DNA of 64,000 bases from Candidatus Obscuribacteraceae bacterium (GCA_044229845.1 JBGASG010000009.1:96001-160000), one strand, 5' to 3'. Counted from the stretch's first letter, positions 21,572 to 31,644 are shown. The notes: generated by a model from the letters alone, not told the origin. Numbers and translations: made by a program.

Positions 21572-23113
21572 ATGGATAAACACCCAGCCCTGTTTCAGGT
21601 CAACACTCGGGTCTATATCAAGGAGCTTTCGGACACTCTGAAACGACAGGCGACTCTGGACGACATTCCAGATGCTTTTCTTGACGAGCTGGCTGAAAAG
21701 GGGTTTTCCTGGGTCTACCTTCTCAGTGTGTGGAAGACAGGAGAAGCCGGGCGCAAGGTTTCGCGCACTAATGAGGGCTGGCTGAATGAATTCCGCAGCA
21801 ATCTGCCCGATCTAAAAGAAGAGGACATATGCGGCTCCGGCTTTGCGATTGCCGGCTATACGCTCGACCCTTTCTTCGGCAAGCCGGACGGGCTCGCCAA
21901 ATTGCGCGATCGCCTGCACAAGCGCGGCATGAAGCTGATGCTCGACTTTGTGCCCAACCACACTGCCATTGACCATCCTTGGGTCTCCGCTCACCCCGAA
22001 TACTATATTGAAGGAAACGAAGAGGCGCTCGCTCACGCCCCGCAAAATTTCATCAAGGTCGGAGAGAAGGGCAAGGAGAAAATTTTCGCTTACGGGCGCG
22101 ACCCGTATTTCGATGGCTGGCCGGATACGCTGCAACTGAACTACGGTGACGCCGGGCTACGCAAAGCCATGACCGCCGAACTAAACAACATTGCCGATGT
22201 CTGCGACGGAGTGCGCTGCGACATGGCTATGCTGGTTTTGCCGGAGATCTTCCAACGCACCTGGAACATCCAGACCGAACCATTCTGGTCGCAAGCCATT
22301 GCGTCTGTGCGCAAAGGGCATGCCGATTTTACATTTATGGCGGAAGTGTACTGGGACATGGAGTGGGAGTTGCAGCAACAAGGCTTCGACTTCACTTATG
22401 ACAAGCGCCTCTACGATCGTTTGCGTCAAGGTGACGCCCGCCCGGTCCGCGAGCATTTCTGGGCAGACTTCGAGTACCAGAGTCACTCGGCACGTTTCCT
22501 GGAAAATCATGATGAGCCGCGTGCGGCAGGAGTCTTTCCTGTCGATCAGCACAAAGCGGCGGCGATGATTTCGTTCTTCAGCCCCGGGTTGCGTTTCTTC
22601 CACCAGGGTCAATTCGAAGGGTTGCAGAAAAAACTCTCAGTGCACCTCAATCGTCGCGGGCCGGAAGAAGCGAATGCCGACTTGCAGCAATTCTATGATT
22701 TGTTGCTCAACTGTCTGAAGCTGCCGGTGGCACATTGTGGACACTGGAACCTGCTGGAGTGCACACCGGCATGGGATGACAATCCGACGTTCGATCGTTT
22801 CATCGCTTTCAACTGGAGCGATCATCACAAAGAATTGCAGCTGACAGTGATCGTCAACTACGCGCCTCACCAGAGCCAGTGTTATGTGAAAGTGCCTGTG
22901 GGTGCCGGTGGTGGCGCTCTCATCGAATTCAGCGATCAACTGAAGCGCGATATCTACTTGCGCGAAGCTTCCGGCGTGATGCGACGCGGACTGTATGTCG
23001 ATCTGCCTGCCTGGGGGTTCCATGCCTTCGTCGTGCAGCCGGTCGAACGCGAAATCAAGGCGCCTTCGCAGACGCCACCGCCGCGCGAGAAATCGCTCAG
23101 CGCCAAGAAATAG
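21572..23113 (+). CDS. GH13 alpha-amylase family protein
   Basis: LDFVPNH, DGVRCDMA, AEVY, FLENHDE. Confidence 0.9.
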   Translation: MDKHPALFQVNTRVYIKELSDTLKRQATLDDIPDAFLDELAEKGFSWVYLLSVWKTGEAGRKVSRTNEGWLNEFRSNLPDLKEEDICGSGFAIAGYTLDPFFGKPDGLAKLRDRLHKRGMKLMLDFVPNHTAIDHPWVSAHPEYYIEGNEEALAHAPQNFIKVGEKGKEKIFAYGRDPYFDGWPDTLQLNYGDAGLRKAMTAELNNIADVCDGVRCDMAMLVLPEIFQRTWNIQTEPFWSQAIASVRKGHADFTFMAEVYWDMEWELQQQGFDFTYDKRLYDRLRQGDARPVREHFWADFEYQSHSARFLENHDEPRAAGVFPVDQHKAAAMISFFSPGLRFFHQGQFEGLQKKLSVHLNRRGPEEANADLQQFYDLLLNCLKLPVAHCGHWNLLECTPAWDDNPTFDRFIAFNWSDHHKELQLTVIVNYAPHQSQCYVKVPVGAGGGALIEFSDQLKRDIYLREASGVMRRGLYVDLPAWGFHAFVVQPVEREIKAPSQTPPPREKSLSAKK

Positions 23114-23132
23114 CGCGAGCTGCTGCGCCTGG

Positions 23133-23164
23133 AAGAAACAAGAGACCTCTTGCGAGGTCTCTTG
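23133..23164 (-). terminator. Hairpin between convergent genes, probable terminator
   Basis: Perfect 11-bp stem CAAGAGACCTC-TTGC-GAGGTCTCTTG; T-rich tail on the minus strand. Confidence 0.65.
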
Positions 23165-23240
23165 CTGCGTTGCGTTCCATGGTTGTTGCGGGTGAGGAAA
23201 TAAGGGAACCAAAGATCGAGGGCGCGAAAAACTCGTTTTT

Positions 23241-23765
23241 TCAGCTGAACAAATTGGCGTCTCGTGAAGATGCCACCAGCCAGTTGATGCAGCCGGGAAC
23301 CGCGAGACCACCGGTGACACCACCGCAGCCCCAGATGACCTTTTTCATCGCCTGCTGCGATCCCGCCGCCATATGCATGAAGCCGAGGATCATAGTTGGT
23401 CCGCCCCATGCGATGCCCAATATCTCCATGCCGTTGGCGATGATGTTCAGTAGAGCTTCGATGTTGGCGAGGTTGTTGACGCGCACGGTGCCGGCGGTGT
23501 TGACGCCCATGATGACGACCGCGTCTTCATCTTTGGGACCGATGGTACCAAATGTGGCGCCATTCAAAGTGGGTGCTTGTTGTACACCGCCTTGAAAGTT
23601 TGTTTGTGTGAGTGTCTGGTTCCAGCTGCTGTGATCACCGCCGCCGGCACCGGTAGCGGCGCTGCCGTAGTCGTAGCTGGCAAAGGCGTCCTGGGCCTGT
23701 GCAGACGTGCTGAGTAGTAAACCAAGCCCGACGGCGAGCATGGTGGTGGTAGCAAAATTGCGCAT
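23241..23765 (-). CDS. Exported protein with C-terminal TrbC/VirB2 pilin-like hairpin
   Basis: Signal peptide, polar linker, two hydrophobic helices split by QQAMKK; GGAGG RBS. Confidence 0.55.
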   Translation of the reverse strand: MRNFATTTMLAVGLGLLLSTSAQAQDAFASYDYGSAATGAGGGDHSSWNQTLTQTNFQGGVQQAPTLNGATFGTIGPKDEDAVVIMGVNTAGTVRVNNLANIEALLNIIANGMEILGIAWGGPTMILGFMHMAAGSQQAMKKVIWGCGGVTGGLAVPGCINWLVASSRDANLFS

Positions 23766-23930
23766 CGAAGAACCTCCGCTGCGTGAAGCAGTGATGGTGG
23801 GGTGGTGGGTGGTAATCCTCCCGGATAAGAGCTACAAAGCCTGGTGCTTTGTTGCAATCAACATGCGGGGGGTGGTGGGCGACTTTTCCTTGACAATTAC
23901 CGTACCAGAACGGCATTACCAAGACGTTAC

Positions 23931-25342
23931 CAAAATGCGCGGAAAGCCCCGTCGTTTACGGCGGGGATGGACAGCGCGGGCGACGCAGTCGCCTAACCGA
24001 AGATTTTATGTAGTCCATTGAACTTTTTTGCAAGTCGCGACGTATTAGTAAGTGAAGGCTTGCCAGAGGGTTCAGCATGAGGAAACTTCGAGCATTTAAA
24101 TTCAGGCTGCTCCAAAGCCAAAACAAGAGCTACTGCTGCGCCGTTCAGCAGGATGTCGCCGATATGTGTTCAACAAGGGATTGGAGATTCAGAAGGAGCG
24201 CTACGAGAAAGGTGGAGAAAAGCTCAGTTATGCCGGTTTGTGCAAGGAGCTGACCTCCTGGAAGCACCAGAGCGACAGTGCATTTCTGGCAGCTGCGCCG
24301 TCTCAAGTTCTTCAGCAGGCACTAAAGGATCTGGAAAGGTCCTATGAAAATTTCTTCGCGGGACGGGCGGGTTTTCCGAAGTTCAAGAAGAGAGGAAAGG
24401 GAGACAGTTTTCGCTATCCCGATCCGAAGCAAATAAAACTAGACGAAATCAACAGCAGAATATTCTTGCCGAAACTAGGGTGGTTTCGATACCGGAAGAG
24501 TCGCAAGGTGATGGGTTCTGTCAGGCAAGTGACTGTGAGTTGGAACGGAAGTAATTGGTTTGTAAGTATTCAAACAGAGGAGGAAGTATCAGCGCCCAAA
24601 CATCCCTCAAGCTCGATGGTTGGAGTGGACTTGGGCGTGGTGAGCTTTGCGGTGCTGTCTGATGGGAGTAACTACTCTCCAGTCAACAGTTTCCGCAAGC
24701 GAGAAAAGCAAATAGCTCGCTGCCAGCGGCGGCTGGCTCGGAAGCAAAAATTCAGTGCGAACTGGCGGAGGCAGAAGGAAAGACTGCAAAAGATACATAC
24801 AAAGGTGGCGAATATCCGACGCGAATATCTGCATAAAACATCAACGACGATTAGCAAGAACCACGCGATAGTTGTGATTGAAGATCTACAGGTGCGCAAT
24901 ATGTGCAGTTCTGCCTCCGGAACAGTTGAAAAGCCAGGGCGCAACGTCAGGGCAAAGAGCGGATTGAACAAATCAATTCTGGATCAGGGATGGTATGAAT
25001 TTCGGCGCCAGTTGGAATATAAGCAGAACTGGAGAGGCGGTGCTGTAGTCGCTGTATCACCTCAATATACAAGCCAAAAGTGCTCATTGTGTCGATGCGT
25101 GGACGCAGAGAGTCGGTCGGTGCAATCGACGTTCTCTTGTGTGCGGTGTGGATATACTGCCAGTGCAGACTTCAATGCTGCACGAAACATACTCGCGGCG
25201 GGGCTCGCCGTGATTGCCTGTGGAGGAGACATAAGACCGGAAGCGATTCCGGCGGCTTCGTTGAAGCAGGAACCCACCGTGTCGGCGGTCTAATCAACCG
25301 CTCAGCCGGAATCCCCGTCCTTTAGGGCTGGGAGGAAGTCAA
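23931..25342. mobile_element. Non-autonomous IS200/IS605 element (IS1341 type, tnpB only)
   Basis: Inserted 3' of TTAC. Left end: AAAG plus CCCCGTCG-TTTA-CGGCGGGG. Right end: GAAT plus CCCCGTCC-TTTA-GGGCTGGG, then TCAA. Ends align with those of 15643..17400. Confidence 0.9.
24077..25293 (+). pseudogene. tnpB: TnpB with a 1-nt frameshift near codon 12
   Basis: ATG 24077 gives MRKLRAFKFRL; PKPKQELLLRRSAGCRRYVFN continues in another frame; RuvC D/E/D and zinc finger are intact. Confidence 0.82.
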
Positions 25343-25350
25343 CTGGGAAA

Positions 25351-27162
25351 TCACTGCTGTCCGCTGCCGCCCAGACGACGAATATCCAGCTGCTGGTTGA
25401 CCTTGAAGCTGCCTGTCAGCAATCCTCGTTTGACGATGCCAAACCACGGATATACCAGGCTCATTTGCTGTGGTCGCGGAAACACACCATTCTCTGCAAA
25501 GTAGCGGCTGCGTGCCATCACGCCTTCCAGCTGTGGAACCGACCAGCCGGTCTGCTCCCGCAGGTATGTTCGCCCTGCTGCGTTGTCGTAGCTGTCTAAG
25601 AAACTTCGCGCATTTTCGCGCACGGTTTGAGGTGCGACCTTTCCCTGCAGATCTTTATAGAGGAGGGTGTTCAATCCATCCCACCCTCTCAAGAAACCGG
25701 CGTCCGGCACCAGATCCCACGTGTGATTGGCTGGTTTGAGGGCGTCCTGCATGTCTATATTTTTGACGGTCTTCTGCCCGTTTGCTTTCTCAACAACTAG
25801 ATTGTTCAGGGCGTGGTTGTCCCATTCGCCGAGAATCATCCGATCGGCCATGGCGCTGGCGAAACTGTTTTGTAATTGCGTATCACTGCGAAATGCCCGC
25901 AGCATGTTTTGCGGAGTGTCGGAGCCATAGAGACTTTTAGCCTTATCACTCAAGTAAGCGCGCAGATCCACGCCTTCCATAGATTGCATGTATCCCGGCT
26001 GCAGGTTACCTTCGTTTTTGATGAAACGGGCGACCGTAGCCGGGGAGCCTTCCGGATTGATGCCCGAGATTTTGCCGAAAGCGTAGCCGGAAACTTCGGC
26101 CTGCATTCGCTGATGATATCCTGGTACGTTCACATCTGGACGAAAGAGTGTCGGTCGCGTACTACCGTCAGGCAACGTGACTTTGCCGCTGACGACCGTG
26201 TTAGTGAGATTCTCACTGACGGTTAGCGGAGTGAAGGTGCCGTCTCGCATAGCCTGCAACTCGGCATCCAAAAATGTCGGCAACTTCGGCGGCTGACCAA
26301 AGCCGGGCTGCGAAGAATAGTCGATGCGCGAATAGCGTTCGGCTTGTCTGCCGCCGAGATACCCGCTCAGTGCGCCAAACCCGCCCTCGGTGGCGGTGCG
26401 CTCGATAAGGCGAAGCGGGTCGATGTCGCCCGTGCGAATCTGCCGCATCAATTCATGGCCGCCACCACTGGCGACACCAATGGTGGCGCCGGTAAACGTG
26501 CTGGTAATCATCGGATTGAAGTAGGCCGTGCCTCGCGTGCGGCTGTATAAGCGTCCCCAGACAATATCGGCTGCGCCGAAAGAAGCCATGTCCATGACCA
26601 GCATTTCCGGGCGCAATGTGGTGCTGAGCGCGGTGCTTACGCCTCTTTTGACCGAATAGTCCCCGTTCTTGTCGAGATAGTTTTCGCGCGTCAGCAACGA
26701 GTCAGAGCCGCGATTCATGATACCCATCTCAAGACCGATAGTCGTCGGTGCTTGCTTGAAGTTTTTCGCCAGCAGGAATGTGCCTTTCAGCGCGCCGGCT
26801 TTGCCCAACCCCAGGGCACCATCAATGAGTTGGTTTTGCCACGAGTCGCCGTACTTAGCTTCGTCTGAAGCGTACAGACCACCCAACGCCAGATAGCCCT
26901 TCGGACCTTCCATAAAGAGCGGCGCTAACTTCAATGCCGCCTTTGTAAAGCCGGTCCACTCCTCAGTCCGCCTTTCGTCCAGCACCGTGCCCAGCACCGG
27001 GCGTACTGTGTTATTGAGCGCTATATCCAGATAGGAGTCTTTCCTCTGCGCCTGTTGCGGCGGCTGCCACTGAAAAACGCCGACATCAAGTTCCGCGCCC
27101 CGATGGCGATCCTGGACGTAGCGTTCCAGTCCGCGTTTGCTGCTGTGGTCGTCCATGGACAT
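25351..27162 (-). CDS. Hypothetical protein with C-terminal HipA/PI3-PI4-kinase-like domain
   Basis: AEVSGY, PATVAR, GYMQ, ADRMILGEWDNHALN, NID motifs in the expected order. Confidence 0.6.
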   Translation of the reverse strand: MSMDDHSSKRGLERYVQDRHRGAELDVGVFQWQPPQQAQRKDSYLDIALNNTVRPVLGTVLDERRTEEWTGFTKAALKLAPLFMEGPKGYLALGGLYASDEAKYGDSWQNQLIDGALGLGKAGALKGTFLLAKNFKQAPTTIGLEMGIMNRGSDSLLTRENYLDKNGDYSVKRGVSTALSTTLRPEMLVMDMASFGAADIVWGRLYSRTRGTAYFNPMITSTFTGATIGVASGGGHELMRQIRTGDIDPLRLIERTATEGGFGALSGYLGGRQAERYSRIDYSSQPGFGQPPKLPTFLDAELQAMRDGTFTPLTVSENLTNTVVSGKVTLPDGSTRPTLFRPDVNVPGYHQRMQAEVSGYAFGKISGINPEGSPATVARFIKNEGNLQPGYMQSMEGVDLRAYLSDKAKSLYGSDTPQNMLRAFRSDTQLQNSFASAMADRMILGEWDNHALNNLVVEKANGQKTVKNIDMQDALKPANHTWDLVPDAGFLRGWDGLNTLLYKDLQGKVAPQTVRENARSFLDSYDNAAGRTYLREQTGWSVPQLEGVMARSRYFAENGVFPRPQQMSLVYPWFGIVKRGLLTGSFKVNQQLDIRRLGGSGQQ

Positions 27163-27264
27163 GGGATACCGGGATGCCTGTGGCAGAATGATTGCGGGAA
27201 GCGACAAAATTGCTGTCCTACCTATATATGCCCAAAAACTGACGGGCGGAACCTATCCGGCAAA

Positions 27265-27307
27265 TTAGTTGACAAAGTCAATAAACTAATTGACAATGAC
27301 AACTAAA
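27265..27307. promoter_or_regulatory. Tandem palindromic operator (probable MarR autoregulation site)
   Basis: TTGAC-AAA-GTCAA (27269) and TTGAC-AAT-GACAA (27290), 21 bp apart, directly upstream of the MarR gene. Confidence 0.7.
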
Positions 27308-27327
27308 TCCCTGGCTTGAGAGGCCCC

Positions 27328-28290
27328 ATGCGGAGTACCCAAACCCTCGCGCAACCGCTGGCAGAGCGGGTCGAGCAGGTCCGCCGTTTTAATCGTTTCT
27401 ACACTAGGCAAATTGGCGTGCTCCGCGAGGGGTTTCTCGACTCTTCATACTCACTTGCCGAAGTCCGAGTCCTGTCGGAGCTGTTTCGTAGTGGCGAAGT
27501 CACATCCGCCGCGTTGTGCAAAGAACTGGATCTTGATCCCGGCTATTTGAGTCGAATTTTGAAAAAGTTCGAGTCTGACAAGCTGGTCTCGCGAAAGCGC
27601 AGCGACAACGATGGCAGGCAGCAAATGCTTTCACTCACCGAATTGGGACTGCGAACATTCAAGCCATTGAACGAAAAGCAACATCTACAAGTATCCGAAA
27701 CGCTGGAGCACCTGGATGAAACTGCGCAGCAGCAGTTAATTGCGGCAATGAAAGTGATTGAAACGCTGCTCCGCGACTCGGGTGAGGCAGGCAGCATCGA
27801 ACGCAATCGGTCCTTTGTAATCAGGCAACATCATCCCGGCGACATGGGATGGGTTGTTCATCGGCACGGCGCCCTCTACGCAAAAGAGTACAACTGGACC
27901 GACGAATTCGAAGCACTGGTGGCAAAGATTGTCGCCGAGTTCATCGAGAACTATGACCCGGCTTGCGAACGTTGCTGGATCGCGGAAAGGGATGGCGAGA
28001 TTCTTGGCGCCGTCTTCCTGGTGAAAAAATCCAAGTCTGTTGCGCAATTGCGACTCTTCTATGTCGAGCCCACTGAGCGTGGTCAGGGTATCGGCAAAAA
28101 ACTTGTCGGGGAGTGCATTCAGTTTGCTCGTCAATGTGGCTATCGAAGTGTCGTGCTCTGGACGCAGAGCAATCTTGATGCTGCCAGGCACATCTACAAG
28201 CGCGCCGGGTTTGTGAAAAAATCCGAAGAGCCGCACCACAGCTTTGGCAAAGATCTGGTCGCCGAAACCTGGGAACTGGCACTCGACTGA
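27328..28290 (+). CDS. MarR-GNAT bifunctional regulator/acetyltransferase
   Basis: VRRFNRFYT..LDPGYLSR..DGR winged helix; GDMGWVVHRHG..RGQGIGKKL GNAT domain. Confidence 0.93.
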   Translation: MRSTQTLAQPLAERVEQVRRFNRFYTRQIGVLREGFLDSSYSLAEVRVLSELFRSGEVTSAALCKELDLDPGYLSRILKKFESDKLVSRKRSDNDGRQQMLSLTELGLRTFKPLNEKQHLQVSETLEHLDETAQQQLIAAMKVIETLLRDSGEAGSIERNRSFVIRQHHPGDMGWVVHRHGALYAKEYNWTDEFEALVAKIVAEFIENYDPACERCWIAERDGEILGAVFLVKKSKSVAQLRLFYVEPTERGQGIGKKLVGECIQFARQCGYRSVVLWTQSNLDAARHIYKRAGFVKKSEEPHHSFGKDLVAETWELALD

Positions 28291-28299
28291 TTGCCTCGA

Positions 28300-28830
28300 C
28301 TACATGGCAACGAAACTTGCCAGAATCTTGCTGAACAGTTTTTCTTGCTTCGGAAAGTTCTCGCGGGTATCAGCGCACGTGACGATAAAGCACCGCCCGT
28401 TTGAGATTGCAAACAGTGTCATGATCTTGCGTTTTTCGCCATTTACGTTCGTGTCGGCGATCATGACGCGTGTCTGGCGTGGAGGCACACCGCTGGTGGT
28501 GTCGGACTTGACGTTCCATGATATTCCCCACTGTTTTCGCTCGCTATCGCCCAGTAACTTCAGTGTCAAGCCAGCCTCAGCTGGTCTGACGCGCACCTTA
28601 AGTGAAGGCAGTTCGTTGGCGGAATTGATGACTTCACGCGGCGCCGCGACGACCGGCAAAATTACATCGTTGCGCGTCTTCCAACTGACGGGCAGCTTGA
28701 TTGCGAAGTGCGATGCAGAGAAGTCATGACTTTTGAGAGAAACGTCAGGCGGAGGGACCGCGCATACCGGCACTGAGTTACCAATTACGGCAACTAGAAC
28801 CAGCAAACTAACCAGAATAAGGCGCTTCAT
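28300..28830 (-). CDS. Secreted PsbP-like hypothetical protein
   Basis: Signal peptide; FAIKLPVSW..FSKILASF pattern. Confidence 0.6.
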   Translation of the reverse strand: MKRLILVSLLVLVAVIGNSVPVCAVPPPDVSLKSHDFSASHFAIKLPVSWKTRNDVILPVVAAPREVINSANELPSLKVRVRPAEAGLTLKLLGDSERKQWGISWNVKSDTTSGVPPRQTRVMIADTNVNGEKRKIMTLFAISNGRCFIVTCADTRENFPKQEKLFSKILASFVAM

Positions 28831-28897
28831 CGCACGGAACTTTGCCGACCCAATCTTAGTCACTTCCACAAAGCAATCTAAAGCAATAGAGGTAGTT

Positions 28898-28987
28898 ATG
28901 GTTATTCTCTGGGGTCCGAGTCTGCTGCTCAGCATCGTTTTGTCGATTGCATTAACACTTTTGCTCAACGCTATCATTCGTCACTAA
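28898..28987 (+). CDS. Putative 29-aa single-TM small protein
   Basis: AGAGGT RBS plus ATG; MVILWGPSLLLSIVLSIALTLLLNAIIRH; lies wholly in an intergenic gap. Confidence 0.55.
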   Translation: MVILWGPSLLLSIVLSIALTLLLNAIIRH

Positions 28988-29016
28988 CTTGGCAGGCTTT
29001 CTCTCGGGGCGCCGCC

Positions 29017-30582
29017 CTATTGCGCCGGGTTCATATGCCCGCGTAACCAGGTCGTCACGCCTTCCAATAGAAGCGGTGTGAACTGACTGTTCTCGAAAAT
29101 CAAATGCTCTTTTCCGCCAAGCAAAATTAGTGTCTTGTCGGGCGTTTTGATTGCTTCGAACAGGTCCATAGTACTGCCCGGCTTGACCAGCGGATCAGCT
29201 GCGCCCTGCGTGATCAACACAGGCAGGTCGAGTTCGCTGACCACGCCCTTCGTCTTTTTCATGAACGAATCGAATTCCATCAACTCCTTGGGAGAAACGT
29301 GCTTTCGCACGCCCGGGTCGTTTTTGAATTTATCGACGGTCTCTTGATCTCGACTAGTGTGTTCGATCACATCCTCGGTGATATCGAAATCGTTTCCTGG
29401 TTTCGTCAGCAAATTAAAGGCAACTTTGAAGGCCGTTTCCTTGCCGTTGAAACGGTCCGCCGCCGGCACCGAAGAAATGACTCCATCGACGAGCGGGCAG
29501 TCGCAAGCTGATTGCAAGGCAATCGCTCCGCCCATCGATTCGCCGACGAGGAACAGTTTCACCCCTGGATTGTATGCCTTGAGAATTTTGGCAAGGTCCT
29601 TTATGTCATTGGCGCAGAAGTCAAAATCCAGCTCGTCATACTTTCGCAAAGTGCGCCAGGAGCCAAAGCCTCGCACATCCATTGCAGCAACCAGCGCACC
29701 CTTCTTGGACATCTCTTCGCCAAAGCCGGCAAAACACGACTTGTGCAAACCCATGCCATGTATGCAAAGGAGAATAACCCAGGGCTTGGTGCCCTGGGGC
29801 GGACGCCAGGTCAATACTGGTGACTTATCAACTTTTGGTTCCAGTACATCCCAGAGATCTCTGGGCAGCGCCGGACGATCATGGTGCACCAAGATTGGTG
29901 GCAGATCGATCACCCTGCGAAAAGCGATGGCAGCGCGATTCAGCGCCAAATTGGCTTCAGTTGTCTTGCCCTGTTTCTCGTAGCAGTCTTTTAAGCCCAT
30001 ATATGTCCAGCCGATCTTATCGTCGCGCTCGACCTCTTGCAACTTAGCCAGCTGTTTCAAGTACTCGGCGGCTTGCTCATAGTCTTCATCGTAGAAGTAC
30101 ACATCGCTCATTGCTTTCAGTACTGCTTCTTTGAAGTCGAGAGAATTGACCACGCCATCGGCATGACTCAACGCGTCTGTGTAATGTTTGATCGCTGCTT
30201 CGCTTTTGCCTTTGATCGCTTCGCAATCTCCGAGATGCTTGTGCAATGGTGGAGCATATTGTGCGTAGCGTGGACAGTCCGGCGTGAACCAGTCGATAGC
30301 CTGCTGCAAGTGTTTGGCTGCTTCGCCGAATTCTTCCTCTGCGAATTCACACGCGGCCAGGTTCGACGCTATGCGGGCGGCGACGCACTTGTTCGATTTT
30401 GATTCCGTCGGCAATCGTTTCTTCAGTTGCATCTTCAGGTTCTCAAGGCGAGTTTCCATGGTTTCGTTCTTCACCATGTCGCCTGGCTCTGCCATCACAG
30501 GTGGTGAGGACATGAACAGACTGGAGATGGTCATCGCTGCTGCCAACACAGCAAGAACTGTCGTTTTTCGCAGGGGCATCAT
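29017..30582 (-). CDS. Secreted TPR + alpha/beta hydrolase
   Basis: TPR-like helices, then IHGMG, DVRGFG, GESMGG. Confidence 0.88.
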   Translation of the reverse strand: MMPLRKTTVLAVLAAAMTISSLFMSSPPVMAEPGDMVKNETMETRLENLKMQLKKRLPTESKSNKCVAARIASNLAACEFAEEEFGEAAKHLQQAIDWFTPDCPRYAQYAPPLHKHLGDCEAIKGKSEAAIKHYTDALSHADGVVNSLDFKEAVLKAMSDVYFYDEDYEQAAEYLKQLAKLQEVERDDKIGWTYMGLKDCYEKQGKTTEANLALNRAAIAFRRVIDLPPILVHHDRPALPRDLWDVLEPKVDKSPVLTWRPPQGTKPWVILLCIHGMGLHKSCFAGFGEEMSKKGALVAAMDVRGFGSWRTLRKYDELDFDFCANDIKDLAKILKAYNPGVKLFLVGESMGGAIALQSACDCPLVDGVISSVPAADRFNGKETAFKVAFNLLTKPGNDFDITEDVIEHTSRDQETVDKFKNDPGVRKHVSPKELMEFDSFMKKTKGVVSELDLPVLITQGAADPLVKPGSTMDLFEAIKTPDKTLILLGGKEHLIFENSQFTPLLLEGVTTWLRGHMNPAQ

Positions 30583-30615
30583 AATGTTTCGTCCTTGATT
30601 TGAGACTTGATCCGC

Positions 30616-31452
30616 CTAACCGGCGGGCAGCACGCGGCCGGCATGGTGAAAACGCTTGTAATACCAGGATGTCTCCGTGAAGGGGCGGATCTGCACACCC
30701 GTAGGAATTGATTTGCCGTTGCAATCAACGTGTCCGGTGGCAGTGCAGTCGATGATCAATGGCACACCATTGGGAGACTTGCCGTACTTGCCCAGCCACA
30801 TCACCACATGACTGCATTCGTTCTGTTGGTCTTTGGCGCGGATGAACAGCAGATCTCCGGGAAGCAGTTTCTCGCCGAATGAGGTGTATTCGGGTCCTGT
30901 TTCTACTGGCTGCAGAGCTAGAGCTGCCTGTTTGTGCACATCGGAGGTGAACTTTATTCCCAGCCCGTAGTTATAAACCCAGGCCGTGAAATTGCTGCAA
31001 TCCAGCCCGGGCGAATTCTTGCCGAACGGAACTTCGCGCATCGGCCAATCAGCAGGCGGTCCCCACGCCGGAATATGATGATGCTGGTACTCGAGATTAA
31101 TGTACTTGCTGGCCACGGCAAGCAGGCGCTGTTGCTGCCACGCCAGGGACGCCGTTGCGTGATTGGACAACTGAGGATAGGTGCGCGCCGGCGGACCCCA
31201 GGTGCCGTATCGCCGCCGCGTGGCATCGCTGTACCACTGATTAACGGGCACAATTTCTGATTGCAGCGCAGCTTCGTTGCGCGGGGCGTGCGAATCGGGC
31301 GCCAACAATTCATCAAGCGGAATCTCGAAGTTTATCGCGTATGGAGACACATAGCGGCTATCACTTTCGGCGACAGCGCCGGACGCACCGGCAGCGAGCA
31401 ATCCGCAAATTGTCAGTGATGAAACTGCCGCCGTGGCTTTCTTCATGTCCAA
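30616..31452 (-). CDS. NlpC/P60 family cell-wall peptidase
   Basis: GLDCSNF, PGDLLF, SHVVMWLG; signal peptide. Confidence 0.85.
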   Translation of the reverse strand: MDMKKATAAVSSLTICGLLAAGASGAVAESDSRYVSPYAINFEIPLDELLAPDSHAPRNEAALQSEIVPVNQWYSDATRRRYGTWGPPARTYPQLSNHATASLAWQQQRLLAVASKYINLEYQHHHIPAWGPPADWPMREVPFGKNSPGLDCSNFTAWVYNYGLGIKFTSDVHKQAALALQPVETGPEYTSFGEKLLPGDLLFIRAKDQQNECSHVVMWLGKYGKSPNGVPLIIDCTATGHVDCNGKSIPTGVQIRPFTETSWYYKRFHHAGRVLPAG

Positions 31453-31644
31453 AATCCGCCTCGATTTTCATGGGACTCATAAGTTTAAGTGAGATGGGGC
31501 ATACGAGCAAAACCATGGGTAACCGCTAAACATCAGAGGGATCCGGTAATCTCCTTGACAGCTGCGCCGTGCTAATCTGTGCCCCATTCGATATCTATTC
31601 GGTCTGACTTTGCAACAGCCGTAAGACATAAGAGGGACATATAA

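Noticed and set aside
23916..23937. TTACCAAGACG / TTACCAAAATG near-duplication at the IS left end
   Set aside because: This family makes no target duplication, and the match is too short to tell from chance.
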